Part shown: in pieces, positions 27,241-40,558 of the stretch
Position numbering within the stretch: the first letter of the stretch is position 1
How the letters are laid out: the number at the start of each line of letters is the position of its first letter
DNA from: Felis catus
Lineage: Eukaryota
Assembly: GCF_018350175.1 (NCBI RefSeq)
Contig: NC_058368.1
Coordinates: 85,314,001-85,378,000, forward strand
DNA length: 64,000 nt
Direction: 5' to 3'
Position numbers and translations under genes: made by a program
The notes under the pieces: model-generated
What the model saw: only the letters and a program-made list of their open reading frames with translations
Databases searched by the model: none
Told to the model about the DNA's origin: nothing

Positions 27241-28155
27241 ATTATGGTATTTTAAGTGATGCCATAAATGTGTGATTGGGGGAAACAAAAAGGATCTCAG
27301 AAATACCAACTCTGCAGTTTCCTTCTGAGACTCTCAAATTAACATACTATGGAAACTTCCCCTACGTGTTTTTCATCTTTACTTACCTTTATGTGGATGT
27401 TCTTTTTTAACACATAACTGCAATCATTCTGTGTGACATAGAGAACTACACCAATGATTCAGTAGAAATAATAGAAGTTTAATGTCCTGAGTAAAGGGAA
27501 TGGAGAAGGGATAGGTTTAAAAGACATTATAGATACAAATACAACAAGCAAGCATTGTGGAATAATTCAATGAGAGATCAGATGCACCATGGAGAAGACA
27601 AGATGTCAAGGAAGAATATGCCAAAGGATTTAAATGTTCTGGAGGACACACAACTCTTTGCAGGACAGTTTCCTAGTCTTCACAATTTTTATCATGGTCT
27701 TGAAAAAACAAAACCAAGAATGGCTTGTTTTCTCAATTTGTTTGAGTGAAACTGAGGGTACCTTAAACATGTTCTTTTAATTGCCTGGGAAAAGGAATTT
27801 TTTTTTATTTTCAAGTTGTTTTTAAGTATATATAATAACACTTTGTTATGTACAAGGCCATTTATGGCTTAGTGCCATTCTAAATTCCCTACCTTCATCA
27901 AACTTTGAGTACCTCAAGTTTCCATTAATGCTGGTAATTTCAATTACAATTATGTATGACTATTGTAAAACCCTGAAAAACATTTCTATCTAAATCTTTC
28001 CCAAGGCTCTCCAAACTGTTCGTCAGCAAATCTCACCGTGGTGCATATGTGCACGTGAAAGCATGTATGTGCAGGTGTGTACATGTGTATCACATGTGAA
28101 GCTATACCTGCTCATTATTGCCACAGTTCTTGGTGCACGCTGGGGAGTCAGAATT

Positions 28156-28221
28156 CATTGGGATGAGCACTGGGTGTTGTATGGAAACCAATTTGACAAT
28201 AAATTTCATATTAAAAAAAAA
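28156..28221 (+). mobile_element. Very short LINE-1 3' terminus with poly(A)
   Basis: gggatgagcactgggtgttgtatggaaaccaatttgacaataaatttcatattaaaaaaaaa resembles the 3' ends of other L1s in this window. Confidence 0.75.
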
Positions 28222-28944
28222 TGAAGTGCCTCTGACTGTGATAAAAATGGGAGGGGGTGAATGAAATACCACAGTGACCAATGGAGTTAATTCTTCTCAA
28301 TGTTTACACTAATTTTCAACAAAAATGAGAAAATTTCTCTCCTCTCTATTTCAAAGTGAAGGTGAACAAACATTTTGTGTCCTCAAATCTGATAGAGGTG
28401 TAAGAGATGTGGATAGAGCTTCTTAAACTCTATGACCCTTACATCAAGTTTGTGTGCCAGGATTAGTAGGCAAATATTTTGTATTTCACCCCAAATCAGC
28501 CGTCCCCACTATCCACTCATTTGGCATATTTTACTTACTCAAAAAACAAACAAAAACAAAACAAAACAAAACACAAACACTCAGATCTATCTTCTTCCAG
28601 ATTTTATCCATGTGTGACCTCTCATCATATATACATTTTGTTGACAGAAATCAGCTGTCTGCCAAACCCATGATGTTGCTTGGATCGTACTTAAGCCATA
28701 GTCTTCTTGACTTCTCTGAGTTAGCAACACTGGAGCAAATGACAAAATAGAGAAAAGTGTAGCCACTGCATGCACGGTTTCTTATGCCCACTGTACTCTC
28801 AGTATGCCCAGCAATCCCCTTCATGCTCCTATTATCTCTAATGCATCCTCCTAACAGAGATTCTAGTTCTTAACCATTGTGGACAAATGCCCTCCTATTA
28901 TTTCCTGTACTATTCTGAATAATTCATTTTGCAAAAAAAAAAAA

Positions 28945-29157
28945 AAAAATCAATCAATTAATTAATTAACTTAGAGAGCATGAGAGGGGAGGGGCAGAGA
29001 GAGAAAGATAGAGAAGGTCTCAAGCAGGCTCTGTGCTGTCAGCGCAGAGCAAGCCAGGAGTGGGGGTGGAGGGCTTGATCTCACTCAGAGTGAGATCATG
29101 ACCTGAGCTGAAATCAAGAGTCAGAGGCTTAAGCAACTGAGCCATCCAGGAGCCCCT
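28945..29157 (-). mobile_element. CanSINE
   Basis: gagatcatgacctgagctgaaatcaagagtc...ctgagccatccaggagcccc. Confidence 0.9.
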
Positions 29158-31679
29158 CCAAGGACTCATTTTTACCTCAGGTTTCAGAGGGAAGAGAGTA
29201 AATAGAAAGAACCAGAGGTAGGGATTTCTTATCTCTATTCTTTTAAATTTTAAGTGCATCTCTGTGTCTGCATCTTATACTACATCCTGTTCATACAGAA
29301 AGTTCCATTATTATTATTTTTTTATCTATGGATATTCTCGGGTGAGTTTTTCCTTGTCACCTCATGATGCTTGCTGCCATAAGGACAGTATTTATCTCTA
29401 GTATTCTGCTATTTCTTAGTCCTGCCCCATCAGCATTTTAATATACCTAAATCTTTTAATCTCAATTTAAAATTGAAATGGAGTGGAATAAAATGAGGTA
29501 ATGTTCCCTTCGTTGACATTTCTTTGAATACTTTCCATAGTCTTGCAATCTCAGGATGAAACTTATGAGGTGCATGCGAAATTTTCATATACTCTGTGCT
29601 CTGTCCCTATTTCTTCATTTAAGATCTTGGTAATTTCTTCATTTAAGATCTTGGGATCTTCATTTCTCAATGTGCTGCAAGTTCTATCAAATCACAAATA
29701 ATGTCTCTATTTGTATGTTTAATGGATGTTTAAAAATGACTGCCATTTAGTACACTAGTAATTAAATTTCCTCAGATTTTTGATTCTTTTGTTTTATAGT
29801 CACTATATTTCTAGCTTTTTCCTTAATTATAAATGTTCTGACTAGTGAGCTTATGTCAAAGGAATATCCAGTAAGTTGTCTTTTTTTTTCTGTTTCTCAC
29901 TTTCTTTTAGTGTCATTATGATTTGAGGGACATCTACTATATTTTAATTCACTGACATCAATACTTATTATGATGCTCAAATTGTCCAGTATAATATTTT
30001 AAACACAATTTCATTGTCTTTGACAGATCATTACCAGCTGAAAATCAAGATGACTCAGGCTCATCCTGCACACCCCCGTTCCAGATATGGAATTGGCCAT
30101 TTTCTGTGCAAATTTGCTCCATTTATTTTTTATGGGGGATTGGATGGCATCTTGAGATCCTACTCTTAACACCTGTTTTTTTTTTCACTGCTATAAAACT
30201 TGGAAACATGTATTTTTTAAGTTAATAATTTTCAATTGTATTTCCATTTGGAATTTAGGATGATAGGATTTTAAACATTGTTCTTTAATCATGTTTATTT
30301 CTTTTTTCCTTCTTATTACAAAAATCTTACTTCCTATAGTCATTAACATAATTACTTGTTTGTTTATAGTAAAACAGAATAGCTTCATAATCTCATTGCT
30401 AGTATTATTATAATAAGTGTAAACAATTAACATTTTTGAAGTTTTCCTCGCAGTTATTTATCCCTTAGACAAAATTCAATGGCTAACTATATAGATTACA
30501 GTTGCCTATGACAATAATGATGCACACCATCACAGATTTGATGTACTCTAATCAAAGGATGTACCCTAAATAGAACAGCAGCTATCACATTTTTAAAAGT
30601 GATACATAATGGGCATTCTGTTGGTCATAGAGCATAAGGGAGATCCACAAAAATACGGAGAATCTTAAGGTCATTTTGGAGCTATTAAAAAACTAGTTCC
30701 TAATGAGTGAAAGGTTGTAAAAGTGAAGTCTCCCTGTCTTTGACAATGTATCACTGAACAAGATCTACCAATAGGAATCTGAGCAAAGGAACAGATGTGG
30801 TAAAAGCCAAGAGTTCTCTTCTGGTGTTCAGAGGGAGGCACTCCATCACTTACTCTCCATTTGTCTGTTTGTCCTCCTCGCATAGAAGAATATCAAATAT
30901 ATGCTTATTTTCTTAATAATGATCCACAATATGGTGTCACAATACTCAAAGCATACTTAGAAAGTAGGTTACTTGTGCAGTCTATTAGGTTAGGAATTAC
31001 GTTTGTTTATAAAATCAGTGGCTTATTCAAGCCATCAAAAATCATTTAGGTGGCTCACTTTCAAATTAATTTGTTAGGTTGTATTGCTCTTCATGTAATA
31101 CCTTCAATGATATTTTTGTTACACTAAATGGCTTGGTATTTCACCTAGATGCTAAATCAAACTGTCAACATCTGATTCAACTGAAATGTTAGCTGTTGTG
31201 GTTCTCATCTTCTCTACTTGTTACACAGTGCTGGGATCAATCTCCACTACTGCAATCATTGTTTTGCTTTGTTGTTATTCGCTATGAATCCAACAACTTT
31301 CACTCTATATTAAGCTCCTAGAGGCTGTCAGTGATTTGTGCCTTATCTGTGCCAAAGTATGATATGGGTTTGCCTCAGATTAAGGGCACACTGATCATAT
31401 TGAATGAAAGAAAATCAGTGAAGTAATTGAGCACCTGAAAATGGTGATCTATATTCTTAACAATTTACTGAGTTTATTTAAGAGTGACAGATAATGGTGG
31501 ATTTACTTGGTAGATTACATGGAATGAAACCAAATTCTATATGAATATTCAGTTGCATTTTTTCTTTTAATTTCTGAGAATTCCATGTAACAAATAAAAT
31601 TTTAAGGTACTAATTAAAGTTTTTGTGTGTTTTATTTTCCTGTTGTTTGATGTTGCCATGGTACAGTATATACTATGGT

Positions 31680-32060
31680 GATTACCCAGACCCCATCTGT
31701 AGAATGAAAGCATTTATTCCCCAACTGCTGGAAATGTTTGTAACTGACAACTTTTAGGTGATGCCTGCTGTCCAGGAATTTCTCTTGCCAGAAAAGAACC
31801 CCTTACATGGTGGGGAGGGCAAGTCATGTTCTAAAACTGGTCATTAGAGGGTAAGAGGTCTGTCCTACAAGCTTCCATTTAGGACCCCTCTGAGGGGCCA
31901 TCCCAGCTCCAGACCTCCTTCTGGAATTGGCTGAAGCCTCAGTGTTGCAGTTTAGCTCCCTTCACCCCTTTGCAGAGATTAACCTCATAGTACTCTCCAA
32001 TAAACATTTTGAAAGCAAATCTCCATCTCAGAGGCTGCTTCTTAGGGAAACTGACCTCCT
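31680..32060 (+). mobile_element. Old ERVL-type LTR (LTR16-like)
   Basis: The 3' end ccaataaac...caaatctccatctcagaggctgcttcttagggaaactgacct resembles my recollection of LTR16/LTR33 termini. Confidence 0.55.
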
Positions 32061-33227
32061 CATCTTTAACTCTTTTTCCAACTTCTCATACTTTTACACC
32101 TTTATGAATCAATAGGCTTACTAATTTTCGTATACTCCATTATCATGGGATATACATAATATTATCTTGGTTTCCTATGTAGTATTTCATCATGAATTCT
32201 TCCAAGAAGAGACAATCAAGAAAAATTCAAGTGGTACTGAGAGCCCTGAGAGAAAGTAAGAAGGAAGGGTGCAATGGTGAAAGCATGATAGGGAGGAAGG
32301 GACAATAAAGGGATGCAGGTAAAGACGGAGAAGAAGGAAGGCACATGGAAGGCAGACAGAGAACTCTTCCATTCACTGTAGATATCCCAGAGTATGTCTA
32401 CTGGAGAACAATGGTGGTGACTTAGCAGAATAAATCCCAGAACCCACTGCTGGTGCAATATTATGTGACTAGCAAGTCACCCTGATGAAGTTCCTACTTC
32501 TTTGCATAAGTATACCATGGATTTCTCATAGGAGAGATGCTATGATTGTTGATATCAGAAATGCTATAAAATAAAAACACTAGGGCACATGACAATTGCT
32601 TTGCAGGTAATTTCATTCTAAACCTCTGTTGATAAACTCATTCTACGTGTTTTACTCTGCCTTCTTGCAGGCCATAGCCCAGCTAAGATGACCTGGAGAC
32701 AATCACCATCATCAGTAAAAAGCCAGTAGTAAAAAGTAGGAGCCCTGATAAGGACCCATGACTCAGTTAAGCTCAGTGGCCTAGAATATTTGATACTGAT
32801 AAAAGATCACAGAAGTACTTAAGGCTAAGCCCTAGGTAGTAATAATGATGGACATTTCCTGTGCATGCTTACTTTGCAAGATGCTGTCTCTGATGGTGAT
32901 GACAGCAGCTAGCTGCTAGTGAACATTTAGTATCTGTCTTGCATGTGCTAAGCTCTTTCCCTGTTGTTTCAATCATCAAAACAAATGCATATAACAGTTA
33001 CTGCTGTTCCTTCTCTTCTTTTTAACAGGGATAACAACTTCACTTATAGTTCATGTTAATTTCAGGTAATGTTCTAAGGCACATTGTTTTTAGCAATGTA
33101 ATAATGCTCCTACCACATTTTGATACATAAGATAGAAAACTGAGACAGGTCATCAAATGTTTCCAAATTGCCTTGTACTTAATAACCTGTCTTAATAAAA
33201 GGTATTTATTTAAAAATGTTATGCATT

Positions 33228-33425
33228 GGGGTTCCGGGGTGGCTCAATTGGTAAGCTTCTGATTTGGGCTCTGGTCATGATCTCATGGTTCTTGAGTTCA
33301 AGTCCCACATTGGGCTCTGTGCTGACAACTCAGATCTTGGAGCCTGCTTCGGATTCTGTGTCTCCCTCTCCTGCTCGCAATCTGTCCCCCTCTCTCTCTT
33401 CAAAATAAGTAAACATTAAAAAGCT
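33228..33425 (+). mobile_element. CanSINE
   Basis: TSD aaaaatgttatgcat on both sides of a SINE body. Confidence 0.9.
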
Positions 33426-33819
33426 TTAAAAAATGTTATGCATGTACATACCAGAAGCCTATATATCTTTGGAATAATTTATCTACTAATTTTCGTTTTT
33501 CATGTATGCCTGGATATTAGATATTGAAGCTGTCTCATATAATCAGAAACACAGTATTTTTCTTAAAAATTGTATTTAAAACACTAGTTTTATGAATCCA
33601 TCAGCCAATGTGGAAACATTATTTGACAATAGCAAAATTTATTTCAAAATCATGTAATTGTCTATTAAGATAGAAATCCTAATGCATTAAGAGATCATAT
33701 TGTGCTCTAAGGAAAGAAGGAAAAGCTTGAATCCTATCAGATGACTTAATGCATGATTTGGTCCTGCTTAGCTTCTTTTTGCCAGCCCTAAGCATCTTCC
33801 CTAAGCTCTGTGTTGTGCA

Positions 33820-34226
33820 TTATACACTGTCCTTACTTCTTTTACCAAGTCCTGACCTGACTCATCACAGTCTCAGGATCTTTGCACACGCTATTCTTTA
33901 GGTCTTGATCTCTTTTCTTGCCACGGTTCTTCCTGATCTTATTCACCAGGCTTTGCCCTCAGGGTTTAACTCAAATATCACTTCCTCTACGAAGCCTTCC
34001 TTGGTCTCAGAATAGATTGCTGTTCTTATTTTCTGTTACAAAATGTACACCACTGCACTTTTTTCCCCTCATCTCATTATTTTATTAAAAGTTTTGGGAT
34101 ACTGTTTTAATCTCTGAGTTCATAGAACATGGCTAATTTCTTCATGATTCAATCCACAGCTCCTATCCAGAGAAAAAATCTGGCAAGGAGAGGAAGCTCA
34201 ATAAAAATTTGTCTGGTAAATTAATG
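33820..34226 (+). mobile_element. Probable L2 3' remnant
   Basis: tttgcacacgctattc...ctcaaatatcacttcctc...aagccttcc...gctcaataaaaattt, which are typical L2 3' phrases. Confidence 0.5.
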
Positions 34227-35402
34227 TCTCAGTTTCCTCTGGGGTATTCAGTAGGCATATTCAGTATGCAATAATTATGAAACTAAGTCCTGGAATGCTG
34301 TGCTTTTCTGCATGATGTTGGCACGTGACGCTGTTCCTTTGGGATGCATCCATGACTCAGAATACATCTCTCCAGAGGTCATTTCTAGTGACAAATTCTG
34401 AGAATAAAAATGCCATTATTCTTGTTATCTTCTAACCTTCAAAAAGGTGTAGTATTCATAATACCCACATGACATGTATATTTCTTCCCATGGTAGAGAA
34501 ATAAATGCTAACAGTTCAGCGGGCATTTTACTAAGTGGTATGGTTAGTGCAGATAGTACTTAAACAGGAGGGTTCTTTATCTGAATTCCTTGATTTAAAA
34601 AATATAATAGTCTATGTCCACAGAGAGCATTGATAAGGGTTAACAACTCTCTAAAATATATAATATAATTAATATTATATTAATTATAATATAATTTTCT
34701 ATTTATTGGCGATCAAATATAGGTAGGCCCTTAAAAAGGCAACTTTCTATTTGAATCCTTGTTCTCTGTCATTTATAATATTTAAGCCTCTGGCATTTAT
34801 AAGATATATAAATAACAGCATTTTCTCCTATGTATCAGGTCAATATAACCTAGATGTTTACAAAAGATAGGAGTATAAATTGTACTTATTTAATATATTG
34901 CTTCCAAAAGATCATAAACATTTTAACAGTGTCTCAATAATATATTTAAATGTTTCCTTCATTACTGTATGAAGAAATAAAGTAAAGAAAGAATGAAAGA
35001 AGGGTGAGAGCAGGTAAAAAAAAATAATAACAAAATACTTATGGAGGAAACAATTGTATTTGGAAACAGTAATACCCAAACAATGATAAAAGTAAAATTA
35101 AGGGCACAGGAAACAGAGAACTTATTTGCTTATGGCTGGTTGATGCCACATCTCTTTTGACCTAACTTGGAAGTAAATGAACCTCAGTATTCTCATGGAC
35201 ATATTTGCCATATTAAGTTTGAAGACACTCAGCAGCAAAACTGGTTTTCAAAATTAGGTAATGATCAATAAACTAAATTAAAATTACCATTTCATTGTGC
35301 ATTTTGTCGTTGAATTTATAAGCGACAATGAATACTGGAGCAACACCCATATGTGTTGATCTGGTCAACCTCTTTGACTTTTTGACAGTTCTATTCCTAA
35401 GA

Positions 35403-36295
35403 ATGTCCAATCTCACAATGGTGATGGACTTTTTCCTCCAGGGACATTTTCTTCCTTCTTTGAGGTTTGGAAGCTGTGCATCTTAGAGGTGGTGCTCTTC
35501 TTACTCATTGGTCTAGACATTGTGCTGGGAAACCTCCTCCCCCTCCCCCTGACTAGCCTGGACCAATACCTATACACTCCCATGTATTTCTTCCTGAAGA
35601 ACTTGTATGTTTTGTATCTCTCCATCATCTCTGCTACCTGTCCCTGAATCCATCCACAATGCCCCAACTCAATGCAGTTCCATCTTGCTTCCAGGTTGTA
35701 CCTCACAGATGTTTTCAATGGATTTGTTGGCATCCATGGAGTTCCTCCTCTTCACTGCCATGAGCTACCACCACTTCACTGACCTTTGCCACCCTCTGCA
35801 CTACCCTGGGTCTTGACTGGGCATAATGGCTTCCTGTTGGCTTACTGAAGGTTCGACTGCCATTATGCACACAGCTGGCCTTTTCAACTTTCTGTGAATC
35901 CAACACCGACCAGTCCTTCCGTGGCATTCCCAGGCTAATCTCCATCAACCCTCCAGAGAAACCGTGTCCTTCTTCTACAATGTGGTCTTAGCTTTTGGCT
36001 GCTTTTTCTACATGTTTGTCTCCGTAGCTCCACTTTCTCCACCATCCTGAAGATCCCACTGAAAACCAGTCAGTAGAAACTCTTTTTTAACCCACCTGCC
36101 CCCGCCTGGCTGTCACAAGACTTCCTTTTATAACTGTTTTGTCATTCATGTATTTACAGTCCCCTGGAATCACAAACCTGATATTGTCCCTCTTCTACAC
36201 AATTTTGCACCCTGACAAACCCAGTCATCTACAGCCTGAGAAACAAAGACATTAAAATATTCCTATAGAGGCTGCTCTGGGGCCAAATATTCTGA
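35403..36295 (+). pseudogene. Heavily decayed olfactory receptor pseudogene (OR14-like)
   Basis: ATG-SNLT start after a ttttgacag acceptor. Motif remnants are LGNLL, LYTPMYFFLKNL, LTAMSYH(DRY-like)...LCHPLHY and NPVIYSLRNKDIK (about 36218-36255), with multiple stops and frameshifts. Subfamily assignment is tentative. Confidence 0.88.
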
Positions 36296-36371
36296 AAGAA
36301 TAATTCTCACCTTTCTTTCAAGCTTATAAGTTTATTCTAGCCAGAGATCAAAGTGAGAAAACAAAGTAGCT

Positions 36372-36510
36372 ATATCATCTATATCATCTATATCTATCTA
36401 TATATCTATATCTACATCATCTATATCTATATCTATATCATCTATCTATATATATCTATATCTATCTATATCTATATCTATATCTATATCTATATCTATA
36501 TCTATATAGA
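36372..36510. repeat. (TATC/TATATC)n microsatellite (expanded SINE tail)
   Basis: Direct inspection. Confidence 0.9.
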
Positions 36511-36675
36511 GAGATAGCATGTGTAAATGGGGGAAGGGCAAAGGGAGAGAAAGAATCTTAAGCAGGCTCCATGCTCAGCACAGAGTCTCAAGTGGGGCTT
36601 GGTCTCATGACCTTGAGATCATGATCTGAGGTAAAATCAAAAGTCTGGTGTTCAACTGAGTCACCTGGGAGCTCC
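36510..36675 (-). mobile_element. CanSINE
   Basis: agcaggctccatgctcagcacagag...gagatcatgatctgag...actgagtcacc. Confidence 0.85.
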
Positions 36676-36707
36676 ACTAAGAAAAATATTTATTCCCCTT
36701 TTTTCAT

Positions 36708-36933
36708 TATTTCTTTCTCTCCCTTCCCTTCCCTTCCCTTCCTTTCCCTTCCCTTCCCTTGCCTCCCCTCCCCTCCCCTCCTCTTCCCTTCCCTTCCCTT
36801 CCTTTCCCTTCCCTTCCCTTCCCTTCCCTTCCCTTCCTTTCCCTTCCCTTGCCTCCCCTCCCCTACTCTTCTCTTCTCTTCTCTTCTCTTCTCTTCTCTT
36901 CTCTTCTTCTCCTCTCTCTTCTCTTTTCTTTCT
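36708..36933. repeat. (CCCTT)n/(CTCTT)n polypyrimidine microsatellite
   Basis: Direct inspection. Confidence 0.95.
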
Positions 36934-37151
36934 TAATTTTGTGTGTCCCTGAATCCAAAAGGGCAAATGATAATAACTTACATTGGAAAAGTTATAATTT
37001 TGCCAACTAAAATACAGATTTTAATACTGTGTTAATTATTTATTATTCTTTATGACGTCAAGTAACTTCATGAAGCATTAGTTTCCCCATTAACAACAAC
37101 AACAACAAAAATGTGCAAGAAACACTTTTTAACACATAAAACACTTTGTAA

Positions 37152-37425
37152 TGTTGTTACAGCAAATATTTGGTGCCCAGGAAGAGACAGGCCACATGCA
37201 TTCAGGGAATCAAGAAAAGATTGTTTATTGCACACCGGTGTAATGCTAGCAGAGTCATCTCCAAAGGCTGAACCCCATACATTGGCATCAGCCTCCTTTT
37301 ATGGCTGGGATGGTAGGGGGTTGAGAGACAAAAGAAAAGGGGAGGGGACACTTATCAGTGGTGCTATCTGGGTAGTTGTAGACACAGGAGGTAAGTAAGA
37401 TTACAGAAGTCAGAAGTATGCAAGG
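37152..37425 (-). mobile_element. Possible partial LTR
   Basis: Begins with tg on the plus strand. The reverse strand shows an ATAAAA box (about 37300) upstream of AATAAA (about 37225). The second terminus was not found. Confidence 0.4.
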
Positions 37426-37429
37426 GGAA

Positions 37430-40250
37430 TACTTTTGTGTAATACTTTTTCTTATGATTTATTTCCAGTTTCATATCATTGTGACCTGAAAAGGTGCATG
37501 GTTTGATTTCAGTTTTCTTAAATTTATTGAAGTTAGTTTTATGGCCTAACATGTGATCTATTCTGGATAATATTCCATCTGCACTTGAAAAGAATGTGTA
37601 TTGTGTTATTTTTGGATGGAATGATCTGTATATATCTGTTATGTCCATCTGGTTTAATGTGTTATTCAAAAACGTTCTCTTATGGATTTTCTGTCTGGAT
37701 GATCTGTCCATTGATGTATGTGGAGAGTTAAAGTCCTCTACTATTATCATATTACCATCAATTTCTCTCTTTATATCCATTAATATTTGTTGTATGTGAT
37801 TAGGTACTCCAATGTTGAGTGCATAGATATTTACAATTCTAATATACTCTTGGTTGATTGATGCCTTTCTCATTATGTCATGGCCTTCTTTGTCTCTTAT
37901 TAGGGTCTTCGTATAAAGCCTATTTTGTCTGTCATAAGCGTTATTACCTTGGAGTTTTTGTTTTCTTTTCTTTTCTTTTTTTTTTTTGTTTTTCCACTTC
38001 CATTTCCATGGTAAATGTTTTCCCATCTCTTAACATTCAGACTCCACATTTCTTTAAGTCTCAGGTAAATTGTTTGTAGGAAGTATTTAGATGAGCCTTT
38101 TTTTTTTCCATTGTGTCTTTTCTTGGAGCATTAGGTCATTTACATGTAAAGTAATTATTGATAAGTATGTGTTAATTGCCATTTTCTTCTGGCTTTCTGT
38201 TCCCTGTTCCTTTCTTCTTCTCTTGCTCTTTTTCTTTGTGATTGATGATTTTCTATAATGTTATGCTTACTTTATTATGTTATGTTAACTTTACTTCTCT
38301 TTTTATTTTATGTATCTATCATAAGGTATATATCATTTGGATTTGTGGTTATCATGAGGTTTATACATAACATTTTAAGTAAATAGGGGTCTATATTAAT
38401 TTCATGGTCATTTTTCTGTAAAACGCATTCTAAAACACACATACACACTCAGTCTTTTATTTTCTCCTCCACTTTTAATGTATATGTTACCATATTTTAT
38501 ATCTCTTTATTCATAATTTTCTTATGTCTAAATAAGGGTATTTCTTTTCAACTTAATGAAGTCCTTTTAACATTTCTAGTGACACTTGCTTAGCAGTGAT
38601 AAAATCCTTTATATTTTGTTTGTGTAGGGAACTTTATGCCCCCTTCAGTCTTTCCCAAGTCTGAAAAATAGCCATGGTGGATAGAGTATTCTTTTTTTTT
38701 TAATGTTTATTCATTTTTCAGAGAGAGAGACAGACAGACAGAACACACATGGGAGAGGGGCAGAGAGAGAGGGAGATACAGAATCTGAAGTAGGCTCCAG
38801 TCTATGAGCTGAGCTGTCAGCACAGAGTCTGACATGGGGCTTGAACCCACAAACCGTGAGATCATGATCTGAGCCAAAGTCAGATGCTTAACCAAAGTCC
38901 GATGCTTAACTGAGCCACCCAGGCGCCCCTACAATATTTATTTTAAATTTTTTATCAGGCATATTATCTTCATTTCATTTAGTCCTTTTTTAAAGATTTT
39001 TTCATTATTCTTTCTTTTTTGGCATATTTCTTTCTTCAGAGTAGGTATGAATTTCTGTGTTTGTTTATGGATTAGGCAGAACAGCTACTAAACTTGAAGT
39101 AATGGTTTTGTGTATGGTTTTTCCTTATGTAGACTGAGTGTGCTTGGTGACTTGGTGCCTTGTTGGAGCAGGGGCTGGTTTGTGCCAGGGGTCCTGGGGC
39201 TTTCCACATAGAGGGCACCTTGTTAGGACAGCTACAACTGAATTGGATCTAAGCCAAGGTGTCCTTAGTTTCTACACACCTTAGTAGGATAGCTGAAGTT
39301 GAAATGGTGTCCTAAGGCACTCTGTGCAGTGACTGCCTTAGTGCGGTACGTGGAGCTGATTCAGTGTGTGGGCCAGGAAGTCTCTAAGCTCTCTGTGAGA
39401 AGGTGCTCTAGAAGGGTAGTTGAAAATAAAGTGAGTGCAAAGCAAGGGGACCTAGGGCTCTACACACACACGACACCTTAGCAAGATAAAGTATAAATGG
39501 ATGTAAACTGGGATATTCCTGGACTGTATGTACAGTGAGTACCCTGATAGGGTGGCTGAAGTTGTGGAAGAGTACAGTTTTAGAGATCCCGGGGTGCTCT
39601 ACTCAGAGGGTGTCCTGGCAAGACAGCTAACATTATAGTGGGCATGGGCCAATGTGGTTCCTGGTCTCTGTACACAAAATATGTCCTGTCAAGACTGCTT
39701 ACATTGAATTGGGGCACACCTGTGTATCCCATGGTTTTCAGGACAGTGGATGCCCTGGCTGGGCAGCTGGAGCTGACTGAGGCTAGCAAGGGTGGGAGTA
39801 CTCTGGGGTGCTCTACACACGAGGGAGGCTGCCAGGGTGGCTAAAACTGATACACGTATGAGACTGGGGTTCTCGGGGTGCTCTGTGTTGGGGGCACATT
39901 GAAACAGTGGCTGGATCTGAAACACGCATCAAATTAGATGTTTTGCTGCACTCTGCACAGGGCTTTGCCCTAGCAAACCATCTGAAACCAAAGTAGTGTG
40001 GGCCTGCAGTGTTTTTGTGTGATTCAGTCTTATTTCATCTTGGTACTAAGGGTGGGCTTATAGTGAATGCTAACGAAGCATGTCCCATTCTGTACTACCC
40101 TGTGGCCTCCTTTTTGGGACAGCTGGGGCTGTGTGGGCTATTGGCTCAGGACTCATTGAGGCACCAGGGCAATTAGGGCACTCATTTTGCACTGCTCTGT
40201 GCTTGTAAGGTAAAGGGTAAGTACAGACTGTGTCCATTAGCTATTTATAT
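37430..40250 (-). mobile_element. LINE-1 5' portion: endonuclease region, ORF1 remnants and upstream tandem-repeat region
   Basis: ORF 37364-38026(-) contains EN motifs RDKEGH, VNIYA, IVEDFNSP and SRIDHMLGHK. A degenerate array of about 70-bp period lies at 39150-40010. Confidence 0.8.
38692..38929 (-). mobile_element. CanSINE with an 18-bp internal tandem duplication
   Basis: SINE body; ccaaagtc(a/c)gatgcttaa at 38874-38891 and 38892-38909. Confidence 0.92.
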
Positions 40251-40357
40251 ACTAGTTGCTCTTTTAAATTATGGCTTTTAATAAAGAAAATGGTAAGATA
40301 ACAAAGAAAGAAGAAAAAAGAAAAAAAAAAGAGAAGAAAAAAAAAAAAAGAAGAAGC

Positions 40358-40558
40358 AGGTACTCCTGAGTGGCTCAAATCAGTTAAGTCCAACTCTTGG
40401 TTTCAGCTCAGGTGTTGATCTCACAGTTCATGAGTTTGAGCCCTGTCTTGGGCTTTGTGTTGACAGTGTGGAGGCTGCTTGTGATTCTCTATCCCCCTCT
40501 CTCTCTGCCCCTTGTCCACTCTGTCTTTCTCAAAATAGATAAATAAGCTTAAAAAAAG
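40358..40558 (+). mobile_element. CanSINE within an A-rich tract
   Basis: ctcctgagtggctca...tcagctcaggt...ctctcaaaatagataaataa. Confidence 0.88.

Noticed and set aside
34664..34688. 12-bp perfect AT-only inverted repeat
   Set aside because: This is expected by chance or slippage in AT-rich low-complexity DNA, and there is no TSD or transposon structure.
36661..37010. Repetitive ORFs (GKGRE / LPFPS), also 59539-59914
   Set aside because: These are translations of purine/pyrimidine microsatellites.
39150..40010. CRISPR-like array
   Set aside because: This is mammalian DNA, and the whole unit is degenerate with no invariant repeat and unique spacer pattern.
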